Below are positions 28,769 to 37,123 of a DNA stretch of 64,000 bases, piece by piece; positions within the stretch are counted from its first letter, which is position 1, and the number at the start of each line of letters is the position of its first letter. The DNA comes from a virus (Duplodnaviria; Heunggongvirae; Uroviricota; Caudoviricetes), in IMG/VR virus record IMGVR_UViG_3300012956_000001, positions 89,730 through 153,729 of that record. The stretch is one strand, 5' to 3'. The notes under the pieces are model-generated. The model made no database searches, had not been told where the DNA came from, and saw only the letters and a program-made list of their open reading frames with translations. A program made the translations under genes and the position numbers.

Positions 28769-31512
28769 GAGTTAAGAATCTAATTGCAGAAACCGGAAGT
28801 ATTGATCAGATCATAGGAAGCATTGTATCTGCATCGTATGCAGTAACCGCATTGAGTGCCTCGTATGCGCCTGGGTCCCCTTCAATTTCAGCCTCATTTG
28901 CCACGACGGCATCTTATGCAACAATAGCACAAAACGTATTAGGTAGTATTACATCGGCATCATATGCACTAACTGCAAGTTACGCAACAAACACACCCAC
29001 AGTTAACTTTAGTACCGGATCATACACTGGCAGCTTTACTGGATCATTACAAGGCAACGCAACAACAGCAACTACTGCGAGTTACGCATCAACTGCACTT
29101 AGTGCATCCTATGCGCCTGGTTCTCCAAGTGTGTCTGCCTCATATGCCGCTACATCGTCGTATGCTACTGTTGCACAAAACGTATTAGGTTCTATTACGT
29201 CGGCGTCGTATGCATTAACTGCGTCATATGCACAAAATGGTACAGGATACCCAACACAGAATTCAACCACGGGTCAATTTGCATATTATAGCGGCAGTGC
29301 ATTGTCTGGTTCTAATTTAGTTGCTATATCTGGTGGCTTGTTAACATTAGATAGAGACATACAAATCAATTCAATACCATACAGATTTCCATCTGGATCG
29401 GTGTCACGCGGAGTTTTACAATTTGTAACTGGATCAGTTTATATTCCGGCTACAACAGCAAGTAGAACTGCATGGACCAACAACAGTTCAACAAACGGCG
29501 GCACATTTGGAAATTCTATCGACTCTGCCGCAGGAACTCGATGGGATACAAATGGAATACAGACTCTTGGACAAGTATACAGTGTAAATTTTGGGTCTGC
29601 TATAAACATTAAAAAGTATATTATGGACACTACCAATAGTGCCGGCGACTCGCCCTTAATATACAGCATTTCCTCATCGTTAGATAATGCTAGCTGGACC
29701 ATTATTGGCAACCGAAGTGGATCTACGGTGGATATTAACGAATTTACATCGTCTATTAATGCACAATATCTACGATTTGGCATGGTACAGGGTCGTGGTG
29801 GTGCATTTTGGTCTATCCACGAGTTTAATGTTATTTTGGATGCGGTTGCTGCCTCGACAGCCGATGTAATTTGGAATAATACAGTACCAACTGCATCTAT
29901 TGCTACTACGGCATCATTTGCTACAACCGCATCGTTTGCTACAAGTGCATCTTATGCGCCGGGGTCTCCTAGCGTATCCGCATCGTTTGCAACTACTGCT
30001 TCATATGCTACGGTAGCACAAAACGTTCTTGGATCTATTGAATCTGCGTCGTATGCTACGGTAGCACAAAACGTACTTGGGTCAATTGAATCGGCCTCGT
30101 ATGCATTAACAGCATCATATGCATTAAACGGCGGCGGGTCATCTACACTATCTGGATCATTGTCTGCTAGACAGAAAAGTTATATTGACGACTACTTTAC
30201 AGGCAGTACGTTAAATTCTAAGTGGAAAGACTATAACATTGGTACATCTACCAAGCAAGTATACAATGGTGCGTTGTGGGTTAAGATACCAGCCAACTCA
30301 GGAAACAACGTTCGTGGTATAATACAACCTATTGATGATCCGTCTGGATCGTGGGTGTATTCGACCAATGTCAATTTATACATTAATGATAACAATACTC
30401 GACTCTCTGGATTAATGTTGTATGAGAGCAGTTCTGGCAAATTTGCTGTATTGGCACCAGCCCGAGCAACTTCACCTGCATATGTACATGGTGCGTTGTA
30501 CTACACAAATGCGACTACGTTTCAAACGTGGTTTGCAAGCGAAAGTATAGAAGCACTACAACTGGTTACCAATACAACGTATCTAGAGGTCAGCAAGTCC
30601 GCCGGCATTATTCACTATAAGATTGGCAATTCACCCGATGGTGTGTATACTATAGCAACTCGATCTGTTACGGATTGGTTCACTGGTGGACCAACCTACG
30701 TTGGCTTAACATCAAATACTACAAACGTTACCTTTGGATGTACATCTTCGTTCTCGTATTTTATTAGTGGATCAACACCAGGCACAGTTAAAACAGATAA
30801 TGTGTTGTCTAGTATAACATCTGCATCATATGCGGCAACTGCCTCGTATGTTATTAACTCTGGCATGGGACCAGATATCGCACCGACTTCTCCAACATTA
30901 TATGACGACGAATTTATTACGTCAACGTTGAATCCAAAATGGGTATTGCGATCTGATGCGTCAAGTAGCGCACAATCTGTAAAATATAACAAATTTGGTA
31001 CGTGGTTTTCATACTTTCACTCAGGCACTATAGTTGGCCAGAGCGGCATTCATATAACCCAAGCTGCAACATTTTCTATAAATGATACCATCTATACAAA
31101 AATGAGTGTAGACGGAACACAAAACTACCACGGTGCATTTGTAATTGTATTAGATAATATATCAAAATTTGCATCTGGTTCTGGATTTAGATTTGGATAC
31201 GAGTATAGAAATACCGAAACTAGATTTTATGTAGATACAGTTACTAGTGGTTCTATTACATATGCAGCAATAGGATTTGATAGTACTAGCAAAACATCCG
31301 GCCCGCAGTATATCAGAGCAAAAAGAATAGCTGCATCAACTGTAGAATTTATGATATCTAGTGATGGTGTATCATATGAATACGCTGGTGTAGCGACCAT
31401 ACCAAATTTTATAGCAACAGACGTAGGTTTAAATTTAACTAACGGCGGCGCAACACAGGCTTCACAATGTGGAATAGATTGGATTAGATGGAACTGGTCG
31501 GAAGGCATGTAA
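28765..31512 (+). CDS. Tail fibre/adhesin with ASYA repeats, F5/8-type C (CBM32-like) domain and two ConA-like domains
   Basis: 'TRWDTNGIQ...NFGSAINIK...SSSLDNASW...AQYLRF...WSIHEFNV' (~29455-29835) is discoidin-like. Two 'DD(Y/E)F..STLN.KW' beta-sandwich domains (~30181-30770 and ~30898-31495). Confidence 0.7.
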   Translation: MRVKNLIAETGSIDQIIGSIVSASYAVTALSASYAPGSPSISASFATTASYATIAQNVLGSITSASYALTASYATNTPTVNFSTGSYTGSFTGSLQGNATTATTASYASTALSASYAPGSPSVSASYAATSSYATVAQNVLGSITSASYALTASYAQNGTGYPTQNSTTGQFAYYSGSALSGSNLVAISGGLLTLDRDIQINSIPYRFPSGSVSRGVLQFVTGSVYIPATTASRTAWTNNSSTNGGTFGNSIDSAAGTRWDTNGIQTLGQVYSVNFGSAINIKKYIMDTTNSAGDSPLIYSISSSLDNASWTIIGNRSGSTVDINEFTSSINAQYLRFGMVQGRGGAFWSIHEFNVILDAVAASTADVIWNNTVPTASIATTASFATTASFATSASYAPGSPSVSASFATTASYATVAQNVLGSIESASYATVAQNVLGSIESASYALTASYALNGGGSSTLSGSLSARQKSYIDDYFTGSTLNSKWKDYNIGTSTKQVYNGALWVKIPANSGNNVRGIIQPIDDPSGSWVYSTNVNLYINDNNTRLSGLMLYESSSGKFAVLAPARATSPAYVHGALYYTNATTFQTWFASESIEALQLVTNTTYLEVSKSAGIIHYKIGNSPDGVYTIATRSVTDWFTGGPTYVGLTSNTTNVTFGCTSSFSYFISGSTPGTVKTDNVLSSITSASYAATASYVINSGMGPDIAPTSPTLYDDEFITSTLNPKWVLRSDASSSAQSVKYNKFGTWFSYFHSGTIVGQSGIHITQAATFSINDTIYTKMSVDGTQNYHGAFVIVLDNISKFASGSGFRFGYEYRNTETRFYVDTVTSGSITYAAIGFDSTSKTSGPQYIRAKRIAASTVEFMISSDGVSYEYAGVATIPNFIATDVGLNLTNGGATQASQCGIDWIRWNWSEGM
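28822..30129 (+). repeat. Coding ASYA/'YATVAQNVLGSI(T/E)SAS' repeat blocks
   Basis: Two blocks (~28822-29238 and ~29892-30129), including a 48-bp-period tandem near 30001-30105. Confidence 0.85.
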
Positions 31513-31569
31513 ATTCAGCATCAATGCTGAATTAGGGACTACTTATTTGAGTAGTCCCCTTTCTTTTGG
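31512..31569 (+). terminator. Two tandem perfect 9-bp hairpins; the second is followed by a T-tract and contains TACTTAT (31540-31546)
   Basis: aattcagca-tcaa-tgctgaatt (31512-31533) and gggactact-tatttg-agtagtccc (31535-31558), then ctttctttt. Confidence 0.7.
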
Positions 31570-31580
31570 TGAATTGTACT

Positions 31581-34500
31581 ATGGATTTATTATTTGAAGC
31601 AAACCGCTTGGCGGGTGAATTGGCAAACGAACTTCGTAGATCGTTGATATCAGAGGCGGAAGTCAAGTCTGATAAACGAATCATTGTTGCGTACTCTGGC
31701 CACTTTCAGCCGTTTCACCAAGGACATTTCAAGATTTACAAGACATTGGTCAAGAAGTTTGGCCGTGATAATGTATACATCACAACAACGAATGAAACCG
31801 ATGAACTAGAAAATCCAATGACCTATGCTGATAAGAAGCAAGTCATTATGAAAATGTTTGATATTGAAGACGGTAAGTTTCAAGAAGTTCAAAATCCATA
31901 TGTTCCTGCCGAACTACTACAAAAGTTCAATCCAAAGGCCACATCATTCGTTACAGTTGTATCTGATGAAGATGCCGCGGTATTGTCAAAGAGCAAATAC
32001 TTCCATCCGTATGTTGAGTCACCATCACTACAAACATATGACAAGGCCGCATACTATCTGACGGTCCCAGAACTTCGTGCTACTATTGGTGGTCAGCACC
32101 TTACTGGTCCACAAATTATGCAAGTACTTGGGTCATCAAAGACATCTGACGCTATGAAAGAAAAGATCTTCCAGGCATTATACGGCAAGTCCGATGCTGG
32201 TATCTTGGATATTATTTCTAACAAGGCAAAGGATGGTGCCGAAAAAGTTGATGGAAAGTTTACCAAAACCCAAGCAACTGGACAGGCAAACAAGACATCA
32301 TACAAAAAGACAGATGCTGGTGGACAAGATACTGATGCAGATGAAGATGGTAAGTCCGACAAGACGCCGCCTATGCAACGAATGATTGTCAACCCCGACA
32401 CAGGTCGTGAGATCAAGGTACAATCTGCATTGAAGTATCCTCGTTGGAAGCCTGTATACAAGAAGGCAGAGAAGTTCTTAAAGGCCACAGGCATTGATCG
32501 TAAGGATCGTGTTAAGGAGCCCGAAGTTAACCAGCGATATCGTGCACGCGAAAAGAACATGAAGAAGGACGAGTTAGCAATATATCTTGGTGATATGTTG
32601 TCTGAACACCTACACAGCCAGTTTAGCCGAGATGGGGTGACATTAAATGTGCCCGGACTTGGCGAGGTGTTACTTAGGCTCGGACAAAACAGAACCGACG
32701 AAGTAACTCGATATCCCAAGTCAACATTACTAACCGAAGGTGCACCAAAGAGTCATATTCAACATCCATATGATGATGTTGAGATGTCGTTTAGTGACCT
32801 TAAGGGATTGGTATCACAGGCACTAACTGGTAATCTTGAGAGTGCAACAGAAAAAACTGACGGTCAGAACATTTTGTTTACCGTACGTGACGGTAAGGTA
32901 GTGTTTGCTCGCAATACACAACATACCAAAGGTAATGGTGCGGCAGCGATGGATGCCCAAGAATTCAAAGACTTTTTTGCCAAGCATGGCGATCAAGTAT
33001 CTGATTCATTTGGCCGGGCCGCCCAAGACGTACAATCAGCCGTCGATGCACTACCAGATGCAATGAAAAAGGCAGTATTCAATAACGGATCTCGGTTCGC
33101 ATCAGCCGAAATTCTAAACTCGCAGTTAGCAAATACCATTCCATATAACACAAATGTTATCATGTTGTTGAGTGTTCGGGACTATGATCCTGAAACCGGC
33201 AATCCTACCAGTATGGACATTAATGCTGCTGATGCATTAGCCGATGTTATGTCTCGTGCAGGTACAGACAAGCAGCCAACATACAAAATCACGGGCAAAA
33301 ACAAAATACAGTTTGGCACAAGTGATACAGATCGCCAAAATGCACAAAAATACACAGATGCGATCACAGAGTTACAAGCACGATATAATCTAACAGATGA
33401 CAACACCATCGGTGATTTCTTGGCAGGTCAATGGTCTGAACTTATCGATGCACAAAATGCTTGGACTCCTGAAGAGAAGGAATTGCTTCTACGTCGATTT
33501 GTTGCGGGCGATAAATCCTTTGGTGTTCGAAGCATCAAAGATCCAGCAAAGAAAGAACTGTTTTATGAGCTAGAAAAGCCTAGCAAAGAATTGCAAGCAA
33601 AGTTCATTCGATCTATCAAATCGATTGTTTTAAACGTTGGTGCTGATGCACTAAATCGTGCCACCAATCTACTTGGTCAATCTGATGGTACCCGAGAGAA
33701 GTTAAAGGCTAAGTTTAAAGATGCGGTAGAGGCCATCAAAAAGAGTGGCCAGCCTGAGTACATTGATAAGACTAAGAAGGAACTTGATCACCTAAAGGAC
33801 ATTGGAATTGACAAAATTTCTCCAGCCGAAGGCATTGTGTTCACTCACAATGGACAATTGTACAAGTTTACTGGTGCGTTTGCCCCGGTCAATCAAATTG
33901 TTAGCATTAACACGTACAAGTTAAATCCAGCCGCACGAAGTGCCGATGATGAAGTCGGAGGAGAATCGCCTACATCAGCTGCTGGTACACAACCTAAGCG
34001 TGCCCCAGTAGTCGTATATCCCGGCCGATTCCAGCCGTTCCATGCCGGTCACTACTCTGTCTACAAACACCTAGTAGACAAATATGGCAAAGAAAACGTA
34101 TATATTGGCACCAGTGATAAAACAGATGGCGCCAAGTCACCATTTAACTTTAACGAAAAGCAAAGTATTATGTCACGAATGTTCGGCATTCCTACAGATA
34201 AAATTGTTCAAGTTAAAAACCCATATGCACCAAAAGAAATTACAGATCCGTTCCCACAGGACACGCCGTTCATTACAGCGCTCAGTGAAAAAGAAGCAGA
34301 ACGATTGAGTGTAGGCAATTATTACAAGCCATTGCCGCAAGATGGCAATTCTCTTGGTAACTACAGAGATGTTGGATACTTTACTGTTGTGCCCGACTTT
34401 GAAGCGGATGTTGATGGACAAAACATCTCTGGCACCGCAATCCGATCTGTATTGAGTGATCCTCAACGATCAGTTGAAGACAAGAAGAAAATGTTTGCTA

Positions 34501-35810
34501 CAATGTACGGTAAATTTGATCAAGATGTATTTGACTTAATCACCAGCAAACTAGCCACGGCGACTGATCCGGTGAAGAAGACACGAAAGGCAGCAATGGC
34601 CGATCCAGCCACCCAGCGCCAGTCCGCACAGCCAGATGACCGTGCAAAAGGCAAGGGCGATATACTCAATAAGACCATCCGCAACCCAGAAACGGATAAC
34701 GATATTTTGGTTAAAACGGCTCTCAAGTATCCTAAAGATCACCCAGCATACAAGGCAGCCGCTAAATTAGTTCGCAACGAAGTAGTTATTTTAGAAGGCG
34801 GTAATGCTGTAGAAGCTAATAGCAAAATTCCAAATGAATTTGCACAGAGCACGGCACAGCATGCCGCTAACATGGTTGGATTTGGTAAAATTGCTGGTAC
34901 ATTGGTAGGCAGTACGTTCAAGCCTATTATGAACGATCTCGATTTTGCAACCGATATTGATGACGTAAAAAAGGTCATCGGATACACGGGTACAGACAAG
35001 AAAGAATTCTTTGTAGCATTGAAACAGTATCTTACCGATAAGGGCATCGAGGCCACGATTACACCGGGCTTTCAACAGTTTAGTTTAAGTGTCCCGTTGA
35101 CCGATTCAACTGGCAAACAACAACCTGCCGTGGGCGATGATGGTAAGTCTGGCTCGCAGCCAGGCAATGTACAGATTGATTTTATGATGGGCGACCTACA
35201 GTTCATGAAGCGATTCTTAACAAACGGCGACACAAGCAATACCAGTTCATCATATCGTAACAACTTGTTTATGGTCATTCTACCAAATTTGGCAATGGAC
35301 ACAGATACGCCCGGTGTCAAGAAACGATTCTTGATTAACATGCGAGATGGTATCTACGAGGAATACTTTACAGAGAAGCCAAACGGTAAGCGTGAAACGG
35401 TTAGTAAAAAGCTTGTATCTAATGATGTAGACTTTCTTGCCAAGGTAATGTTTGGTCCTAAGTCTACATTTGCCGAAATTGATACATATGAAAAGTTAGT
35501 AGATCGACTACAAAAGCCTGATGTTTCGTTCCGTGATAAGTTGCCAAAGATTGTGGCCGATTACGAAACTATGTTGACAAAGATGAAAATGGCACCTGCT
35601 AAGCAATTGCCATCGGCCGACAAGAAGGCACCGTCAGGCGAAAAGCAGGCCGAACCAGATGCAGTAAAGCAGGTGCCGTCTGATGTCGGATCGAAGAAAG
35701 TTCGCAATCCAGAAACGGACAATGACATCTTGGTTAAGACCGCATTAAAATATGATGCAGACCACCCCGCACACAAAGCAGCCGAAAAGGTTGTAAGGAA
35801 TACTAAATGA
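31581..35810 (+). CDS. Multidomain nucleotidyltransferase (putative polyprotein): HxGH cytidyl/adenylyltransferase, KxDG ligase-like, second HxGH domain, pol-beta-like NTase, and three NPET modules
   Basis: ATG at 31581 (MDLLFE) preferred over GTG 31566. Motifs 'YSGHFQPFHQGH', 'EKTDGQN...EGIVF...YKFTG', 'YPGRFQPFHAGH...ISGTAIR', 'GSTFKPIMNDLDF...VQIDF'. Confidence 0.8.
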   Translation: MDLLFEANRLAGELANELRRSLISEAEVKSDKRIIVAYSGHFQPFHQGHFKIYKTLVKKFGRDNVYITTTNETDELENPMTYADKKQVIMKMFDIEDGKFQEVQNPYVPAELLQKFNPKATSFVTVVSDEDAAVLSKSKYFHPYVESPSLQTYDKAAYYLTVPELRATIGGQHLTGPQIMQVLGSSKTSDAMKEKIFQALYGKSDAGILDIISNKAKDGAEKVDGKFTKTQATGQANKTSYKKTDAGGQDTDADEDGKSDKTPPMQRMIVNPDTGREIKVQSALKYPRWKPVYKKAEKFLKATGIDRKDRVKEPEVNQRYRAREKNMKKDELAIYLGDMLSEHLHSQFSRDGVTLNVPGLGEVLLRLGQNRTDEVTRYPKSTLLTEGAPKSHIQHPYDDVEMSFSDLKGLVSQALTGNLESATEKTDGQNILFTVRDGKVVFARNTQHTKGNGAAAMDAQEFKDFFAKHGDQVSDSFGRAAQDVQSAVDALPDAMKKAVFNNGSRFASAEILNSQLANTIPYNTNVIMLLSVRDYDPETGNPTSMDINAADALADVMSRAGTDKQPTYKITGKNKIQFGTSDTDRQNAQKYTDAITELQARYNLTDDNTIGDFLAGQWSELIDAQNAWTPEEKELLLRRFVAGDKSFGVRSIKDPAKKELFYELEKPSKELQAKFIRSIKSIVLNVGADALNRATNLLGQSDGTREKLKAKFKDAVEAIKKSGQPEYIDKTKKELDHLKDIGIDKISPAEGIVFTHNGQLYKFTGAFAPVNQIVSINTYKLNPAARSADDEVGGESPTSAAGTQPKRAPVVVYPGRFQPFHAGHYSVYKHLVDKYGKENVYIGTSDKTDGAKSPFNFNEKQSIMSRMFGIPTDKIVQVKNPYAPKEITDPFPQDTPFITALSEKEAERLSVGNYYKPLPQDGNSLGNYRDVGYFTVVPDFEADVDGQNISGTAIRSVLSDPQRSVEDKKKMFATMYGKFDQDVFDLITSKLATATDPVKKTRKAAMADPATQRQSAQPDDRAKGKGDILNKTIRNPETDNDILVKTALKYPKDHPAYKAAAKLVRNEVVILEGGNAVEANSKIPNEFAQSTAQHAANMVGFGKIAGTLVGSTFKPIMNDLDFATDIDDVKKVIGYTGTDKKEFFVALKQYLTDKGIEATITPGFQQFSLSVPLTDSTGKQQPAVGDDGKSGSQPGNVQIDFMMGDLQFMKRFLTNGDTSNTSSSYRNNLFMVILPNLAMDTDTPGVKKRFLINMRDGIYEEYFTEKPNGKRETVSKKLVSNDVDFLAKVMFGPKSTFAEIDTYEKLVDRLQKPDVSFRDKLPKIVADYETMLTKMKMAPAKQLPSADKKAPSGEKQAEPDAVKQVPSDVGSKKVRNPETDNDILVKTALKYDADHPAHKAAEKVVRNTK
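32373..32483 (+). repeat. NPET protein module, copy 3
   Basis: MQRMIVNPDTGREIKVQSALKYPRWKPVYKKAEKFLK (most diverged copy). Confidence 0.75.
34659..34778 (+). repeat. NPET protein module, copy 4
   Basis: DILNKTIRNPETDNDILVKTALKYPKDHPAYKAAAKLVRN, immediately followed by EVVILE|GGNAV. Confidence 0.85.
35688..35807 (+). repeat. NPET protein module, copy 5 (C-terminus of 1410-aa protein)
   Basis: GSKKVRNPETDNDILVKTALKYDADHPAHKAAEKVVRNTK. Confidence 0.85.
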
Positions 35811-36415
35811 GTGATCGTATAGAACAAAAAGTCGATGCTATGCGTAGTCAAGTAGCATCTAAGTTAAAGAAATGGGATCGTCCAATATGGGGTTACGTGC
35901 CCGAGGCCGAACCCACACGCGCTGAAGGTGAATTGTGGGAAGATTCTGATGGTAAGCAATGGACCGTAAAAGATGGCATCAAGCAGTCCATTACAAAATT
36001 GCAAGATGCAAAGACGCCGTGGTGGTGTCCAAAGTGTGAACATTCTATGGCACACAAATTTGACACTAAGTTTTATCGATTGTACGGTCAGTGCTATGAT
36101 TGTACCATCAAAGAGCACACCCAAATGATGATCGATGGTACATGGGAAGCGTTTGAGAAAAAGAAAGTCAGAGAGAATGAAAAGGCATTCTTAAAAGATA
36201 AAATTCAAGAACGCCAGGATTACATTCGCACATTTAAGGTACCACAGGTACACTTTGAAAATGGTGGATGGGAAGAACTCGCTAAGATTGAACACTTCAA
36301 GGACATGTTTGTTACACTCAGAGAAGACATAAAGTTCTGTGAAGATCGACTTCTTGCTATTGCAGAAGAAGAAGAAGCATTAGAAACCAAGGAGATTACA
36401 AATGACAACGCCTAA
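35807..36415 (+). CDS. Hypothetical protein with Zn-ribbon-like CxxC pairs
   Basis: 'WWCPKCEH...CYDC'; ATGA coupling to the previous gene. Confidence 0.7.
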   Translation: MSDRIEQKVDAMRSQVASKLKKWDRPIWGYVPEAEPTRAEGELWEDSDGKQWTVKDGIKQSITKLQDAKTPWWCPKCEHSMAHKFDTKFYRLYGQCYDCTIKEHTQMMIDGTWEAFEKKKVRENEKAFLKDKIQERQDYIRTFKVPQVHFENGGWEELAKIEHFKDMFVTLREDIKFCEDRLLAIAEEEEALETKEITNDNA

Positions 36416-37112
36416 TATAGAACCGACTCCGGTAGAGCCACCGCCAGCAAGTCCAGAACTTCCATCCAGAATTTCCCTTGGTGTTGGTCAATTGCTTGGT
36501 ATCATTGTTGGCGTCATGTTTATTGGCATGGTTGCGTTTTGGATTGGTGGCCGACAAAAGACTGATGACTATGATGCATACCGTAAAGACTTCAAAGCCT
36601 ATGTGGACAGCACCGTGGCACCCGTATTGGCTAAATCGGACAGCATTCGTAATCAGAACATAGTATTGCTAAAGAGTGTAGACTCTGCTGAAGCTGTGGC
36701 TGAATCCATAAAGCAAAAAAATGCAGTATTACAATCTAATATTGCCAAGTTAAACGTACAAAACAAAGCCTTGCGAGATTCTGTATTGTCTGACTCCACA
36801 TTGCCACCAGCATGCGATCAGTGTAAGAGAACTGTATTGTCACAGGCAAAAGAAATAGACAGCCTAAACAAATCTACAAAAGAATTGCTCAGATTGGATA
36901 CTACGCGTGTATTTAGCATCGACTCGCTTCGTCTCGGTAACGCACGACTGTTTGAAGATAACACAGCACTGCGAATTACTATTGACAACTTTCCAAAGCC
37001 TAAAGAGCCAAAGAAGTTCCTTGGTATCAAGCTTCCAAAGATTCCTAGCGAAGTTGTAATTATTGGATCTGCGTATGTTGGATATCAGTTTGGCAAAAAA
37101 GTATCCAACTAA
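36402..37112 (+). CDS. Membrane-anchored coiled-coil protein (spanin-like)
   Basis: One N-terminal TM helix (LLGIIVGVMFIGMVAFWIG), long coiled coil, CxxC, hydrophobic C-terminal segment. Confidence 0.5.
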   Translation: MTTPNIEPTPVEPPPASPELPSRISLGVGQLLGIIVGVMFIGMVAFWIGGRQKTDDYDAYRKDFKAYVDSTVAPVLAKSDSIRNQNIVLLKSVDSAEAVAESIKQKNAVLQSNIAKLNVQNKALRDSVLSDSTLPPACDQCKRTVLSQAKEIDSLNKSTKELLRLDTTRVFSIDSLRLGNARLFEDNTALRITIDNFPKPKEPKKFLGIKLPKIPSEVVIIGSAYVGYQFGKKVSN

Positions 37113-37123
37113 CCGGATAATAT

